64,000 nt of DNA from Eledone cirrhosa (GCA_964016885.1 OZ024749.1:30132001-30196000), one strand, 5' to 3'. Positions 28,828 through 43,476 are shown, counted from the stretch's first letter. The notes: generated by a model not told the origin, from the letters alone. Translations and numbers: made by a program.

Positions 28828-28869
<42 letters not shown>

Positions 28870-28971
28870 GAGCTAAATATCTGATTGAGCACTAAGTACA
28901 CACTGAGATATATAGGGTGTCTACAATATAATTGTTGTTCTATTGTTCTAATTCGATCGAAATACCAGAAC

Positions 28972-29106
28972 TATAAAAATTGATGAGCAGAACAAACAAA
29001 CATTAAACAATCCTTTAAATAAATTAAAAAATAATTTAAATTAGATATTTAAATTATTTTTTAATTTATTTAAAGGATTGTTTAATGTTTGTTTGTTCTG
29101 TCATCA

Positions 29107-29115
<9 letters not shown>
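28972..29115. repeat. AT-rich palindrome (about 70-bp arms) in a TA-flanked cassette
   Basis: TATAAAAATTGATGAGCAGAAC.. / ..GTTCTGTCATCAATTTTTATA. Confidence 0.85.
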
Positions 29116-29137
<22 letters not shown>

Positions 29138-29233
29138 AATGAAGTAATTCCGTCGGAAAAGTCCAGGAAAAAAGAGTGCTCTATGTAGGTAACAGAGCTT
29201 AATAGTTATGTAATAAACAACATAAGGCAATTA

Positions 29234-29294
29234 TTTCATTTACCAGTGGTTTCATAAAAGCAAAAAAATGTTGCTTTCAATCATCAGAATGAAA
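29234..29294 (-). ncRNA. Type I hammerhead ribozyme motif
   Basis: TTTCATT-CTGATGA-T TGAAAGCAA..TTGCTTTTA T-GAAA-CCA C TGG-TA-AATGAAA. 7-bp stem I and 9-bp stem II, associated with 38-bp inverted repeats at 29202-29239 and 29340-29377. Confidence 0.8.
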
Positions 29295-29808
29295 AAATCC
29301 TGGTGTATTTATTGACGTTGGATTTTAAAAACCAACGTCATGAAATAATTGCCTTATGTTGTTTATTACATAACTATATATATATATAATTTACTTATTT
29401 AATTATATATATATTATTTAATCATATATATTTAATTATTCATGTTTATTTTCATAATCATTTAGACATTTTGCTGTATTTACAATATCTGCCAAACGCA
29501 ATATGCATTAGAACGTATTCGGAATGCAAATTATATGCACAAACACACACGCATATATATATATATATAAATATATATATAAAATTATTTTTGAAAAGCA
29601 TTAGAAATGCGCAACCGGTAAAACTTAAAACCAAAACTGAATACTAACCAATACTATTACTAATTTTTACTTATTCCTAATTAAACTATTTTTCACTGGG
29701 AACAATTTGTCAGCATTTTTTTTCCTTTTACCAATATATCATAACTTGTGTGTTACACCTCTATTCTTTTAAATATATATATATATATATACATATGTAT
29801 ACATATGT

Positions 29809-29884
<76 letters not shown>

Positions 29885-30144
29885 TTATAAGCAAGTGTTA
29901 CGTGGAGAAAAATATAAACATCTGCGTAAAGGAGATTAGGAAAGTATTTGCTTATACATATGTTTCTTGTGTCTATTAAATCCTCTACATATGCTGACTA
30001 CAATGTATATTGTTCAATTATATACAATACTTAATTATTTATCACGCTTCATCAGAAAGACTATAATTGAGGAAGTGACTATTTACTATATATATATAGT
30101 CATTTTATTAAGGCCTTAATAAAATGAATATTAAAACTCTGCTT

Positions 30145-30213
<69 letters not shown>

Positions 30214-30217
<4 letters not shown>

Positions 30218-30643
30218 TAAACGGAATAGAGAATGCTGACAAATTGTTCACAGTTGAAAAATGGTTTAATTAGGAATAAAAGAGTATTAGTGATTGTATG
30301 GGTTAGTATTCAGTTGTGGTTTTAAGTTTTTAAGTTTTTACCGGTTGCGCATTTCTAAATGCTTTTCAAAAATAATTTTGAGATAGAGTGTCCGTGCTGT
30401 TTGCTCAGATCAGAGCAAACAGCACGGACACTCTATCTCAAAATTATTTTTGAAAAGCATTTAGAAATGCGCAACCGGTAAAAACTTAAAAACTTAAAAC
30501 CACAACTGAATACTAACCCATACAATCACTAATACTCTTTTATTCCTAATTAAACCATTTTTCAACTGTGAACAATTTGTCAGCATTCTCTATTCCGTTT
30601 ACCAATATATAATAACTTGTGTGTTACACCTCTATTCTTTTAA
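30214..30643. repeat. Palindrome with 193-bp arms (30214-30605) plus extension; single-arm paralog at about 29580-29772
   Basis: Centre GCTC AGATCA GAGC; TA-flanked. Confidence 0.9.
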
Positions 30644-30644
30644 C

Positions 30645-30675
<31 letters not shown>

Positions 30676-31039
30676 ATATTGATGGTGGTCGAGAGATTAA
30701 GTACGCACATACAAGCACACACATACAAACATATATATATATATATATACATTTATATAAAAGGTACAAAAATAGACAGGTTTATTTACTCCTGGGACTG
30801 TGAAAGAAGCACCACCCGGCTACAGTCAGATCGTACAGCGAGACCTACATTCTATATATAGAGAAGAATGTTCGTTTCCCCGAGTGTCTGTCTATTGTAG
30901 TGTATAATGATAACATGGTACCTATACAACCGTATACATATCATTATCTTTTTATCTCTCTATCTTACCCTATATATACATAACCTAATTTTTTTTGCAT
31001 TCCTGTGTTTGTTTTGTTTCCTTCATTAACTACACACGC

Positions 31040-31076
<37 letters not shown>

Positions 31077-31379
31077 TACACACATACACACACAGACACC
31101 ACCACCGCTCTTATCACCATAACAAACATTGCCACCAACAACACCACCTCCAAGTTATACGAGTCACCATTGTAAGGTTGTGATTTCTATTCCTGGCGAC
31201 GCATAGTGTCCTTGAGCAAGTCACTTTATTTCGCCTTACTCCAATCCACTTTCCATAGAAAAGCCTTTGACGTCTCACAGGAATGGGCCACGAGGGAAGA
31301 AAATAATAAAGAGAAAGGCATTCTATGGTGAAGATTATAAGGCAATGGAAAATATCATAGATATAGATGAGATAAAGTG

Positions 31380-31620
31380 GAGGTCCGTGGCCTAGCGGTA
31401 AGGGTGTTGAACTTACGCTCATAATGCGCGTTGTGTTGTTGAGCTAAAACTCTAGATTACACGTTGCTCCAGTAAACTCAGTTGAATATAAGAACCAGCA
31501 ATATCTGGCAGTTTAGTCCTGCGATGGACTGGTGTCCTGTCCAGGGAAGTAGGTGTCTTGTACTCTCAATTACTTCACGTCACGTAAATCGGGATAAGCA
31601 CCGGCCTATTGCTAAGTAAG
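31380..31620 (+). mobile_element. SINE family 2 (tRNA head, conserved central domain of V/Meta type)
   Basis: GTGGCCTAGCGGTAAGGG head and CCTGCGATGGACTGG..CCTGTCCAGGG domain. Related pieces at 6110-6290, 23700-23775, 31170-31250, 33160-33650, 37258-37460, 39240-39465 and 56938-57090. Confidence 0.6.
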
Positions 31621-32306
31621 ATTTTAAATAACAGCTTACTAATGAAGAGGTGAGCTATCTCATTACATTCTTAAAATTTACAAAATCAATTGATACAAGC
31701 ACTTTCAGGTCTCGAATAATCACTGTCCCCACCCCATTATTTGGGACCTGAGAGTAGGAAAAATATGGTTCACAAAAAGGGTAAATTAAATACAGTCCCT
31801 AGTTTATCAAACCCAGATGAATTTAAACTAAGGGTTAAAGACATTTAACCCACCCTTCCCCCATTTTTGCTATTCCATAGTTAAAAAAATACCTGTTTTC
31901 AACATTAGCTAAAGGCCATGATTTAAGAGAAGGAGATTGAAACAGCCTCCAAGATTGAAACAAATCTCAACCCTGCGTTGGACTTCATGCCAGAGAAACC
32001 GGGATATGCACCGGCCTAATGAACATCTGAGCTCGAGAAAATTAGACAGATATAGATGAGATAAAAGCGAGATGTGAAAGAAAGCAATATAATATAAAAG
32101 ATGAGATTGAAATGTCGTAAACAGATGAGGTTGTTACAACATTAACGTAGGTTAGAAATACAGATAATTAGTTTCTATAAATCGGAAATATATGTTCTCT
32201 CTTAATTGAGAACTGAGAACATATAAAAGCTATTGATCCTATCTCATTGTCTGGTTGGTTCTATGGCTGGCTGGTTGGCTATATATATATATATATATAT
32301 ATATAG

Positions 32307-32498
32307 GTTTTAATATAGATGAGATTCTACAGGACTAGAACTGTTTCATTCTTTAGAAATCATCAGGATTCCTGATGATTTCTAAAGAATGAAACGGTTC
32401 TAGTCCTATAGAATCTCATCTATATTAAAACTTTTATACTCTGCAATGTATTGAGTACCTTACTTACTGTGGTTACCTCCGATTCAACCCGGAATAAC

Positions 32499-32499
<1 letters not shown>
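32307..32499. mobile_element. Palindromic hammerhead cassette, family P1 copy C (opposite orientation to copy A)
   Basis: Palindrome 32307-32431 centred on 32369 with the same CAGGATTCCTG centre; same unique tail as copy A. Confidence 0.8.
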
Positions 32500-32574
<75 letters not shown>

Positions 32575-33159
32575 ATATATGCATAAGACATAGTGAAATG
32601 TATATATATAATTATATACATAATTATATATATCATATATATGTGATGTGTGTGCAAATACACTCACACACACCTGTATGTTTATCTGCCTGTATATATG
32701 TATATATATATATGCATGTATATTTATATATATATTTATATATATATATATATATATATGTGTGTATATATGCATAAGACATTAATACATGCACACATAT
32801 ATAAATATACATAAATATACACACACGCGCGCACACATACATAGATACATATAGACAGAGAGTCGTGTAAATATATAACATGTCGGCTCAATGGAATTTA
32901 AATTAAAATGGTGGGGGGACGTTCTATATTGTCAGTAATTATTTAATGAGGATAAACGAGATAATGATGTAATTGTTCTTAGTAATATAAGACTTTATGT
33001 TTCAGCATATAAAGTTGGCTGCTGTCTTGAACAATAAAACAAGTATAATATATTGTCGTTTAAGCCAAACTAGTACCATGCTCGTTGGACAGTGGAGGAT
33101 TTAGGAAGGACTGTTGTAGCCAGGTCCAAAGTCTAAAGTCTCTCTTGAGCCCAAATGAG

Positions 33160-33495
33160 CTCAAATTTGGTTGGTGCTTATTCCGGTTTGGGTGACATGA
33201 AGCCGTTGTGAGTACAAGACTCTCACCTGGACAGGGCGCCAGTTCATTGCAGGGTTAAAGTCAGTCTCGAGCCACGAGGATCATCGGATGGTTCTTATGC
33301 CTGTTTCCGTGGCGGGAAGCGACTGAGAGTAGAAGACTCCACCCTGGATGAGTTCATTGCAGGGTTAATGTCTGTCTGGAGCTCGAAGGCTCATGACGCT
33401 GGTGCTTATCCAGGTTTCAGAGTAGGCGTGGAGCGGCTAGGAATGCAAGACTCCGTCTTGGAGAGGATGCCAGTCCATCGCAGGGTTAAACCCCC
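33160..33495 (-). repeat. Three tandem copies (about 115 bp) of the SINE family 2 3' domain
   Basis: GGTGCTTAT.C..GTTT..AAGACTC..CCTGGA..CATTGCAGGGTTAA repeated three times. Confidence 0.6.
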
Positions 33496-33742
33496 CAGCT
33501 ATTACTGGTACTCATTTTCAGCTGAATATATTGGAGGAACGTGAAATGAAGTGTTCTGCTAAATAAAACAAGACAGAACCCAGTCCAGAAATCGAACTCA
33601 CGTCATTATGTTCGTAATTCGAAGACCTTTACCACTAAGCCACGTACCTAGCCAATCGCAGCATCATATTTAAAGGATCTAAAACTAATTTTGTTGCACC
33701 ACCATAAAGAATATATATATATATGTGTGTGTGTGTGTGTTA

Positions 33743-33825
<83 letters not shown>

Positions 33826-33878
33826 TGAGTGTGTGCGTGTGAGTATATATGTATATGTATGTGGAAATATATGTATAT

Positions 33879-33942
<64 letters not shown>

Positions 33943-33951
33943 TATATATAC

Positions 33952-33991
<40 letters not shown>

Positions 33992-34268
33992 GCTTTTACA
34001 ATTACTGCTGTTGCTATACTGACTATTCGTTACAGGTCTCCCTTGTAAACAGACTTCATACATCTCTCTACATTTACTACTATAGCATATGTAGGTAAAT
34101 TGGCAGGTAGAAAGTAAAAACAAGAATATAAAAGTCTAGGCTTGATACATTGCTACATGTAGTACAATATATGTAGTATATATTATATATATACAGTTGT
34201 ATATATCTAGCGGATATGTACTATATAACCTATATGGTATACTATGCATAGTATATATATATATGTAT

Positions 34269-34329
<61 letters not shown>

Positions 34330-34331
<2 letters not shown>

Positions 34332-34446
34332 CGAAGGAAATGTGGTAAGGAACCAGATGGACCATAACGCACCAAAGTACTCAATACAGTCCAGAATTAG
34401 CCGTCGAAACGGCTTGAGCTCAGCCGTCGGGGTCCTACTCGTTCCT
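34330..34446. mobile_element. Family P2 cassette lacking its left palindrome arm
   Basis: Nearly identical to 41069-41126 joined directly to 41215-41272. Confidence 0.75.
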
Positions 34447-34447
34447 A

Positions 34448-34596
<149 letters not shown>

Positions 34597-34619
34597 ATAT
34601 ATATATGTATGTATGTTAT

Positions 34620-35513
34620 CTCTTTCTCTTAATTTTGAGTATATTTTTTTTGACCGGCGACCTTCCTGGTGGCAAGGTTGTAAAAGAAAAGAAATTGTCA
34701 TCCCTTGAATCGCAAGAATGTTTTGCAAATTTTGAAGGTGCCAACTATCGCAGTCATTTGTAGACTATGAATTAGGGAGCTGCGCTTTTTGTCCGCAAAT
34801 CCAAGTTCAGTCATACTTTGGTCCAAGCGGGTTGGTATATAACCCGTAGCTCCAATAATGATGGGTATGAAGCTAAAGGTGTATCTTGGATACTGGATTT
34901 GTAAACTGCTCATCAATGGTCCGTAGATGTCCTCCTTCTCCTGTATTTTTCTGACAACGTTTACATCAAGTGGGCAGCTGATCTCCACAACAGAACACGT
35001 TTTCAATGTGTCGTCCCAAACAACAATATCAGGCCGGTTTGCTTTAATTTGGTGGCAGTTTTTATTTTCAGGTTCCACCAGTATTCCTTAGTGCCATCTG
35101 TCTCAATATATTCTTCCTCGTTTGTTGTTAATTTTGTTTTCCGAACTGTGTTCCAGATGGTTCTAGCTATCCCATCGTGTCTTATGGGAGGTAGTAGCGA
35201 GATGACATTCTTTCGCAGCTGGCAACAATGTGGCTTACATCCTCGATCTTTGTTTTACATAGCCTACATTTATTGTCAGCTGCTGGCCCTCCTCTTTTGT
35301 GCAGCAGATATTTGGTAGGGAGTTCTTGTTCCTGTATTGCATAGGGATATCCCTCAAGGTGTGATGTCATAAACTTGTCGGAACTCCATGCCAGGCTTTT
35401 TGAGTGGTTTATCCTCTCTATGGTCTGTGTTTTACGTCTCAGGTATGCATGCACAACTTTTTCTGTAAATTGGTCAATTTTTTAATCTTGATTGAACATT
35501 GAATAGGATCTTC
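34620..35513 (-). mobile_element. Third RLE LINE 3' fragment (R4/Dong-like)
   Basis: AIQEQE..CRLC..EDVSHIVASC; NRPDIVVWD..VVEISCP..QEKEDIY..IPIIIGATG. Confidence 0.8.
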
Positions 35514-35834
35514 CGTATGTATGTATGTATGTATGTATGTATGTATGTATGTATGTATGTATGTATGTATGTATGTATGTATGTATGTATGTATATACAT
35601 ATATATATGGTGGCTGCCAATTCGTTTTCGAGTACGGCCCACACTTTATTTCCATGTAGGAGAACCCCTACCGATGCACTCTGGTACAAACACTACACTT
35701 GTGACAATTATTGACACATATATATATATATATAAATAATTAACCCACCAGTGAAAACAACATAAACTGACCAACATATAAAGGTTAGACTCTTTATATG
35801 CCATGTATATTCATTCTGCCATTACTACTACAGA

Positions 35835-35919
35835 GGTCCGACGAGCCTTTGATTCCAAAGTCGGACCAGATCAATACAGATCAAACGTTGAGCTGATCTG
35901 TAGCGAAACGCCCGTCACC
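35835..35919 (+). ncRNA. Hammerhead motif with branched stem II (core CCGACGA)
   Basis: GGT-CCGACGA-GC..(two hairpins)..GC-GAAA-CGCCCG-TC-ACC. Confidence 0.55.
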
Positions 35920-38900
35920 AAGTATTAAACGTAATGAAGGAGTAACCATTCGTACTTGTATTTATTATTTTATCAACCCCGTAAGGTTGAAAGACGAGGT
36001 TAACTTTGCCTTTCATCCTTACGTGGTTGATGAAATAAAGTACCATCACTGTTAATGCACTATATTGCCATATGTAGAACATTGTCACGTGCTGCTGCGA
36101 CAGAAATAAAATAACTTTTATCAGCTATTTTTTCGAATTTTATTAACAAATTCGATTCAGCTGCTGCTGTCGCATTGAACCCGAAAGACTGGAGTTACTT
36201 CTGTACAACTTCCTGTCCACATATTTACTTAAAACACGTCTATTTTGTTTTTTTTAAGAGATCAGTTTTGTATCCATGGTTATTGAAAATATGTCGTTCA
36301 TTGTGCTGTGTTAAGTGACATGACTTGTACCCGTCTTTAGTGAAAACCTGTAATGTATTGTGGTGTCTGAAGAGGTTGGTAGCGTTAGCCGAGGTAGTAA
36401 TGAATCCTGACCATATTTCTTATGAAACAAAATTTCTTTCAAATAACTAAAGAGAGATCAGTATGATTTACAAAGATATTGAAGGAATTTCCTAAGATAT
36501 TTAATTATTTCATTACTACGATATTAACTTAACACATGGTTCTCATATAAATTATGTTAGAAGCTTCAAGTTCTGATAGGCGCCATTTAAAACGGATAGT
36601 TTAGTTTCATAAAAGCAAAAGTCAGTTTGGGCCAGCTTTGCATTAAAAGGGTTAAATATCAATCTCTCATCCAACATTTACAGTTAAATATTAAAGTTAT
36701 ACAGGTGTCAAATTTGATTTTATATATCTTCAAATCAATCCCAAATAATAATAGTAATAAGAATAAGAATAATGAAAGGAAGAAATATTGACAGTAAAAG
36801 TTTGATTAGATATCCCCGATTGTAACACTTAAACGCCATCTTTTTTGTATGTTTTTTTTCCTCCATTTTTGAAACACATCAATATTGGTATCACATCATC
36901 TAGCACAAAGCAGTCTATTGGGAGAGAAGAAAGAATAAGATATTGTCATGTTGACCATATTCCAGTGGAGATTATCAATGGAAGTTAAGTAAAATAATTT
37001 CCAGCGGGAATCACAATCGATCGTAGACATCTCGTCGTGAGCTTATTTCTTAACGTTCGTCGTCTGACACCAGTTTAAAATCGATATTTTACTGTGATAA
37101 GGACAGTTAAGATAGCTGAAGCCATCGAAAACTAAACTGAATTGTTAACAAGATAAAGTATAGTTTTCTTTATACAAATTTTTATGTTAAAATCCCATCT
37201 ATGTTCAATATGTCATTCTTCGAGGGATTTCCACAGAATAATAATAGAGTGAATTATTGTGGCTTAATGGTTAGAGAATTGGATTGGCAATTGTGAAGTT
37301 GTAAGGTCGATTCCCGGAACAGGTGATGTTATATGTACTGGAGTCAGACACTTTATTTCACGTTGTTCTTTCTGTTAGATGTTGCGACCGATAGAAAGTA
37401 TCAGCAATTGTAAAGATCAATAGAAACAGATTCCTTGGTTCGATTTGTCGAGTTCCACTCCACTCGGTAAACGAAAGAGTTCTGGAATGTTCTCGATCTA
37501 ATCGATCGATAATACTGTGTAGGACGTCCATTACGTTGAGTGTTTCAAATGTTTGATTGATAAAAGAGGCTGTTCACAAAATTAACACGTGTGTGGCTCA
37601 GTATTCCACAGACATGAAGTATTCCACATTAATGAAGAGGTAGCGTGACACAGTGTATGACAAGGGTGGTCATTTGAATCCGAATTACAAATATAAGTGT
37701 TCTGTAGTAATGTGAAATAAAAGGTCTTGCTTAAAGAGACAATCCAACGCCCGGTCCGGGAATCAAACTCAGGACTCTACATTCGTGATCCCAACACCTT
37801 AAATATCTTAGACAAGCTTCACAAAAATTATAATAATATAAATTTGAAGCAGCATTGTGAAATATATTGTTTGGGGAAAGCAAAATCAATTTAGAAATCT
37901 AGGAGTGAAAACAAACTAAAGTAAAGTAAAGCAAATGTTAAAATAACATCTATTGGTGTCAGAATATTCCAACAATTTTGGGGGAGGGGAAAGTCTATTA
38001 AATCAACCCTGTATAAGTGGTGTTGATGCAGTAGTGGCCCATTTCTACCAGTCTTCCTGTTTTTGTGAAAATGGGTATAGCTTTTATTATGTAAAGCCTC
38101 CCCAGTTTGAGCAACCTTTTTTCATGGTACTCCCCGTTTGAGTTACTAGAGGTTGGCAGGTCTGTTTCTAATTTATTTAATGTCTCAAGGAATTATTTGA
38201 GTGCGATTTTGGCTTTTGATAGCATGCTTCTTAGTTTGCTTGCAATACATGTAGGGTTCTGTTCAGATTCGGGCCAAACCTGGTCGAGAAAACCTATGAT
38301 TAAATATATTTCAAATATAGCTATTTCGATTTGAAGGACTTTTTAATGTATATATATGACTAAATTAAATGTGTCTTGATTTGGTAGATTTAGGTGTAGT
38401 TGGTTGCTATTCCCTGCAGATTTAGCTGTAATGTACGAAAGGGATTTCTCGGTGTATCTATACAATTGTTTCCTACATAGGCATAAAGCTAGAAATTTCA
38501 CTGATGTATATTTGCAAACAATGTAAACATCGACCGGAAGAACACTCATATGTTAACAGTAATATTCGAGGCATTCATTTATGTTTCTTACATATCATTT
38601 CTACTCTCCCTTTTACGAACTACTATAAAACATCGACTGGATATTTGGAAGCGTACAACAAACGACACTATTGATAAAAAATCTATTATAAAATAAAACA
38701 GTGGAGATTTCTGGTGACCTTGGCTTTAGGACCACCTTCCTGTTCACCACAATCGAAACGGACTTGACTAAACGCAGGTGTGAGCCTGGCGACCTGGAAT
38801 GGCTCTTTCAACTCATCTTCCTCACCATCTTCCCAGGAAACATCTTCTCTATTCTGCCCACCGCGTTGGCCCCTATTTACTTATAATAGTGAGAGATGGG

Positions 38901-39574
38901 GAGAGTGAGAGAGACGGAGGAAACGAGTGAATGCATTTTATTATATCTTGTTTGGTGTATGACCAAAGATATAGAAGCAATATCTCAAATAGAAAACATG
39001 CCTAAATAAAAACATATGACCGTCGATTGGAACAGTTCATAATTCTACCGGAAATTTATATGACTTCGTTTCTTTACGTGCGTCCGTGAACCGGAACGTT
39101 GAGTCCGTGAACGTGGACGAAACTGCAACAGGAATAGAAGAAAACCTAGCGACATCTACACCAAACTGAAAATAAAACAACAGTCTTGAGAAAACGAAAA
39201 ACATATTGTATGAAACATATATATATATATATAATGGAACGATCGACTTTCGTCAAATCGGACTGAGGGAACAATGTTTCCGTTGGTCTTTCCAATTGCT
39301 AATACTATCTATCGGTCGCAACTCCAGGTAGAAGGAGCAACGTGAAATAAAGTGTCTTACTCAAGGAATCGTGAAATAAAGTGAAATAAAGTGTCTTACT
39401 CCAGGAATCGAACTCACAACCTTACGATTGCGAATCCAATTCTCTAACCACTCAGCCACACGCCTTTATATATGTATGTATGTATGTATGTATGTAGGAG
39501 GTGAGTTTTATTGTAGTACAATAAAGCAATGCAGATATCGGATAGTTAGCACTCTACAGTTTGTAGGACTGGAG

Positions 39575-39905
39575 TATAAATAATATATAAGATCAAAAGA
39601 TGGTTAAAAGAGTTCCATGTATTTTATTAAACGCATTTCAAAAACAAATATCATCATGCGATGACATTTGCATTTTCGTCAGATAAAATAGGGAGACATG
39701 ATATGAAGGTTAAAAAACACTTGTGAATAGTGCAGTTTTAAATCAACATAAAACTGCACTATTCACAAGTGTTTTTTAACCTTCATATCATGTCTCCCTA
39801 TTTTATCTGACGAAAACGCAAATGTCATCGCATGATGATATTTGTTTTTGAAATGCGCATAATAAAATACATGGAACTCTTTTAACCATCTTTTGATCTT
39901 ATATA

Positions 39906-39914
<9 letters not shown>
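39575..39914. mobile_element. Palindrome (166-bp arms) with a hammerhead in each arm
   Basis: + strand 39799-39869: TATTTTAT-CTGACGA-AAACGCAAATGTCATC GCAT GATGATATTTGTTTTT-GAAA-TGCGCA-TA-ATAAAATA, with an 8-bp stem I. Confidence 0.8.
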
Positions 39915-39986
<72 letters not shown>

Positions 39987-40323
39987 CACACATACTAGGA
40001 GTAAACCTCCTAAACAATTCAGGGACGGTGATGGCCAGCGGATTTAAGCTTGAATGCAGGCTAAGTAACAACAATGAAATCAAGAATGAAGACGGTTTCG
40101 AAAGTATTTCATTCATAAAGAATTCTCGGTGGTAGAGAAATATAGAAGGGAAATTAAACTGATAAACAAGACAGAAAGCAGAGTAAGAGAATGTAGATAG
40201 TAATGGAAATAAGAGAATAAATGAAAATAAAGAATTAGACTAGAAGAATTTTAGCGAAGCATCTGTTGGTTATGCAAAATATTTAGGAATATATCGAAGA
40301 TTGATTCTTTCACTCTCAATACC

Positions 40324-40437
<114 letters not shown>

Positions 40438-40451
40438 TATGTATACATATA

Positions 40452-40508
<57 letters not shown>

Positions 40509-40638
40509 ACATATCTTACCACTTCACAGAAAGAAAAATATTTCGTTTTAATCATTTTCTAACCCCCAAAAAAGAGAGAAATAAATAAAAAGGGAAACAT
40601 TTTTTTTTATTAAATCGATCTTTTTCTCCTATTTTCGT

Positions 40639-40696
<58 letters not shown>

Positions 40697-40939
40697 GTAT
40701 ATGTATGTATATATATAAAAATACAGGTAGTTAGATAGCTGCATGTTTATGTTTATATTTATAAGACGTATTTCCAACGGTATGTACATATTTAACGATG
40801 CATATACATGTGGAGGTTTTCATATTTCTACATAGACGGCTTGCGAATATAAACATGTATTTTCAATATTCCTATACTGTAAATGAACGAGTCACCCTTT
40901 CTCCCTGCATTTATTGACACACACACACACTCACACACA

Positions 40940-40986
<47 letters not shown>

Positions 40987-41068
40987 ATACATATATACAC
41001 ATATACGTATGTATATGCGCATATATACATATAAATACATATATATGTATATATATGTATATATATAT

Positions 41069-41270
41069 AACGAAGGAAATGTGGTAAGGAACCAGATGGA
41101 CCATAACACACCAAAGTACTCAATACTTAGGGTAGTGGAGTGGGTAATAGGAACGAGTAGGACCCCGACGGCTGAGGTCAAGACGTTTCGACGGCTAATT
41201 CTGGACTAAATTTAGTCCAGAATTAGCCGTCGAAACGGCTTGAGCTTAGCCGTCGGGGTCCTACTCGTTC

Positions 41271-41272
<2 letters not shown>
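41069..41272. mobile_element. Palindromic cassette family P2 (62-bp arms, 41149-41272) with the 3' half of a hammerhead
   Basis: GAAA-CGGCT..AGCCG-TC in the arms; related copies at 34330-34446 and 43718-43880. Confidence 0.7.
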
Positions 41273-41308
<36 letters not shown>

Positions 41309-41899
41309 TCGCGTGCGTGCGTGTGATTATATGTACATGTATGTATATATATGTGCTTCGTGTGTATGTATATACGCATGTATGTGCTTTTGTCTGTATA
41401 TATATATATATATTGTCTGTATATATATATATAAACGGAAAAAATGAAACGAAATTTCCTTTCCCACTCTTACTACGGCTGTTACTTAAATATAAGTATG
41501 TACACGTACATACATATATGTATGGAGACGTACAGTAGTATGTATATATATATATATATACATACATGCACACATATATATATGTACGTATGGATATATA
41601 AATATATATATATGTGTGTGTTTATGTGTGTGTGTGTTGGCGTGTATATATGCATAAATAATATATAAAACATTTCCAGATTAACGTTAATGGTTGGTTT
41701 GAAGCTCTCGTAATCTATAGAAATATTTTTCTAAAATATTGCAGGATGAATTTTAAATTACATTCATAAAAATGGAATAAAAGCTATTTCTAAACTTTTA
41801 AATTTCTTCACAGATTTTCTGCATAATATAATCACACGCACACATACACACATTCACACAGATACGTGTATATAATACCTATACGTATATAAACACACC

Positions 41900-41967
<68 letters not shown>

Positions 41968-42199
41968 TATATATACAGACACACACACATATATATATAT
42001 ATATGTATATATAAATATAGACAGATATATATATATATACACACACATATATATATGCATATATACACACACATATATATGTATATGTAAATTTATGTAT
42101 TAAATATTAATATATATATAGCTAGATACTGTCTGTACACACACACATATATATATACATATATATACATATACATATATATATATATTTATTAAAATA

Positions 42200-42231
<32 letters not shown>

Positions 42232-42504
42232 TATGTATATTAAAACTATAAAGCTATATATTTAATCCAAATTGTCTTACTTTGTCTATGTGGTATATAA
42301 CATTCTGAAGTAATATCCTTTGACTCAATCCGGTGCGTAAATGCCGGACTAGACGGAGGTAGAAACGGAAGTTAATCGGTAGAGGCAATGCTCTCTAGGT
42401 TTGGCCAATCAGGAGCTTATCCAGGATACACACACATACACACATACACAGAGGAGTACACACATATAATCTCCTCCCCTATCCTTCTACAGCCTTCCAC
42501 CCAC

Positions 42505-42647
<143 letters not shown>

Positions 42648-42648
42648 A

Positions 42649-42697
<49 letters not shown>

Positions 42698-42802
42698 GTA
42701 TATATATATGTATATATATATGTATATACATATGTATATATATATGTATATATATATGTATATATATATGTATATATATATATATATGTATATATATATG
42801 TG

Positions 42803-42895
<93 letters not shown>

Positions 42896-42932
42896 CGTAG
42901 TGTGAAATACATAATACTTCTGTGTATGTACG

Positions 42933-43020
<88 letters not shown>

Positions 43021-43202
43021 TTCAAAATATTAATAAATAAATATAGACATTCATGTAATCAAATATATTTTATTAGATATATTACGGATGTACTGTGCTG
43101 TTTCCTCAGTACGTCCTCATCAGATAAAATATATAAATTGATGTATGACATACCGCAACTGTGCTGATGGTTCAATTCCAGTCTTGGCAGTTTTATATAT
43201 AT

Positions 43203-43253
<51 letters not shown>

Positions 43254-43344
43254 TATAAACACATACTCTGTCGCTCTCACACACACACAAAGTCATACGC
43301 ACACAGACACACAGATATATATACACGTAAATATATATATATAC

Positions 43345-43415
<71 letters not shown>

Positions 43416-43476
43416 CACGTACATATATATATACGTATATATATATATATATATACACGTACATATATATATATAC

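Noticed and set aside
31693-31756. Hairpin followed by GAAA-GTGC-TT on the minus strand
   Set aside because: No CUGANGA core upstream, so not called as a hammerhead.
38000-38620. Possible decayed Penelope remnant
   Set aside because: Only vague peptide resemblance; no diagnostic motif recoverable by eye.
39078-39165. Possible minus-strand exon (strong acceptor TTTTATTTTCAG)
   Set aside because: Weak donor and no recognisable peptide; its only open frame is out of phase with the 56287 exon.
43085-43128. Minus-strand CTGATGA..GAAA motif
   Set aside because: Stems I, II and III do not pair convincingly.
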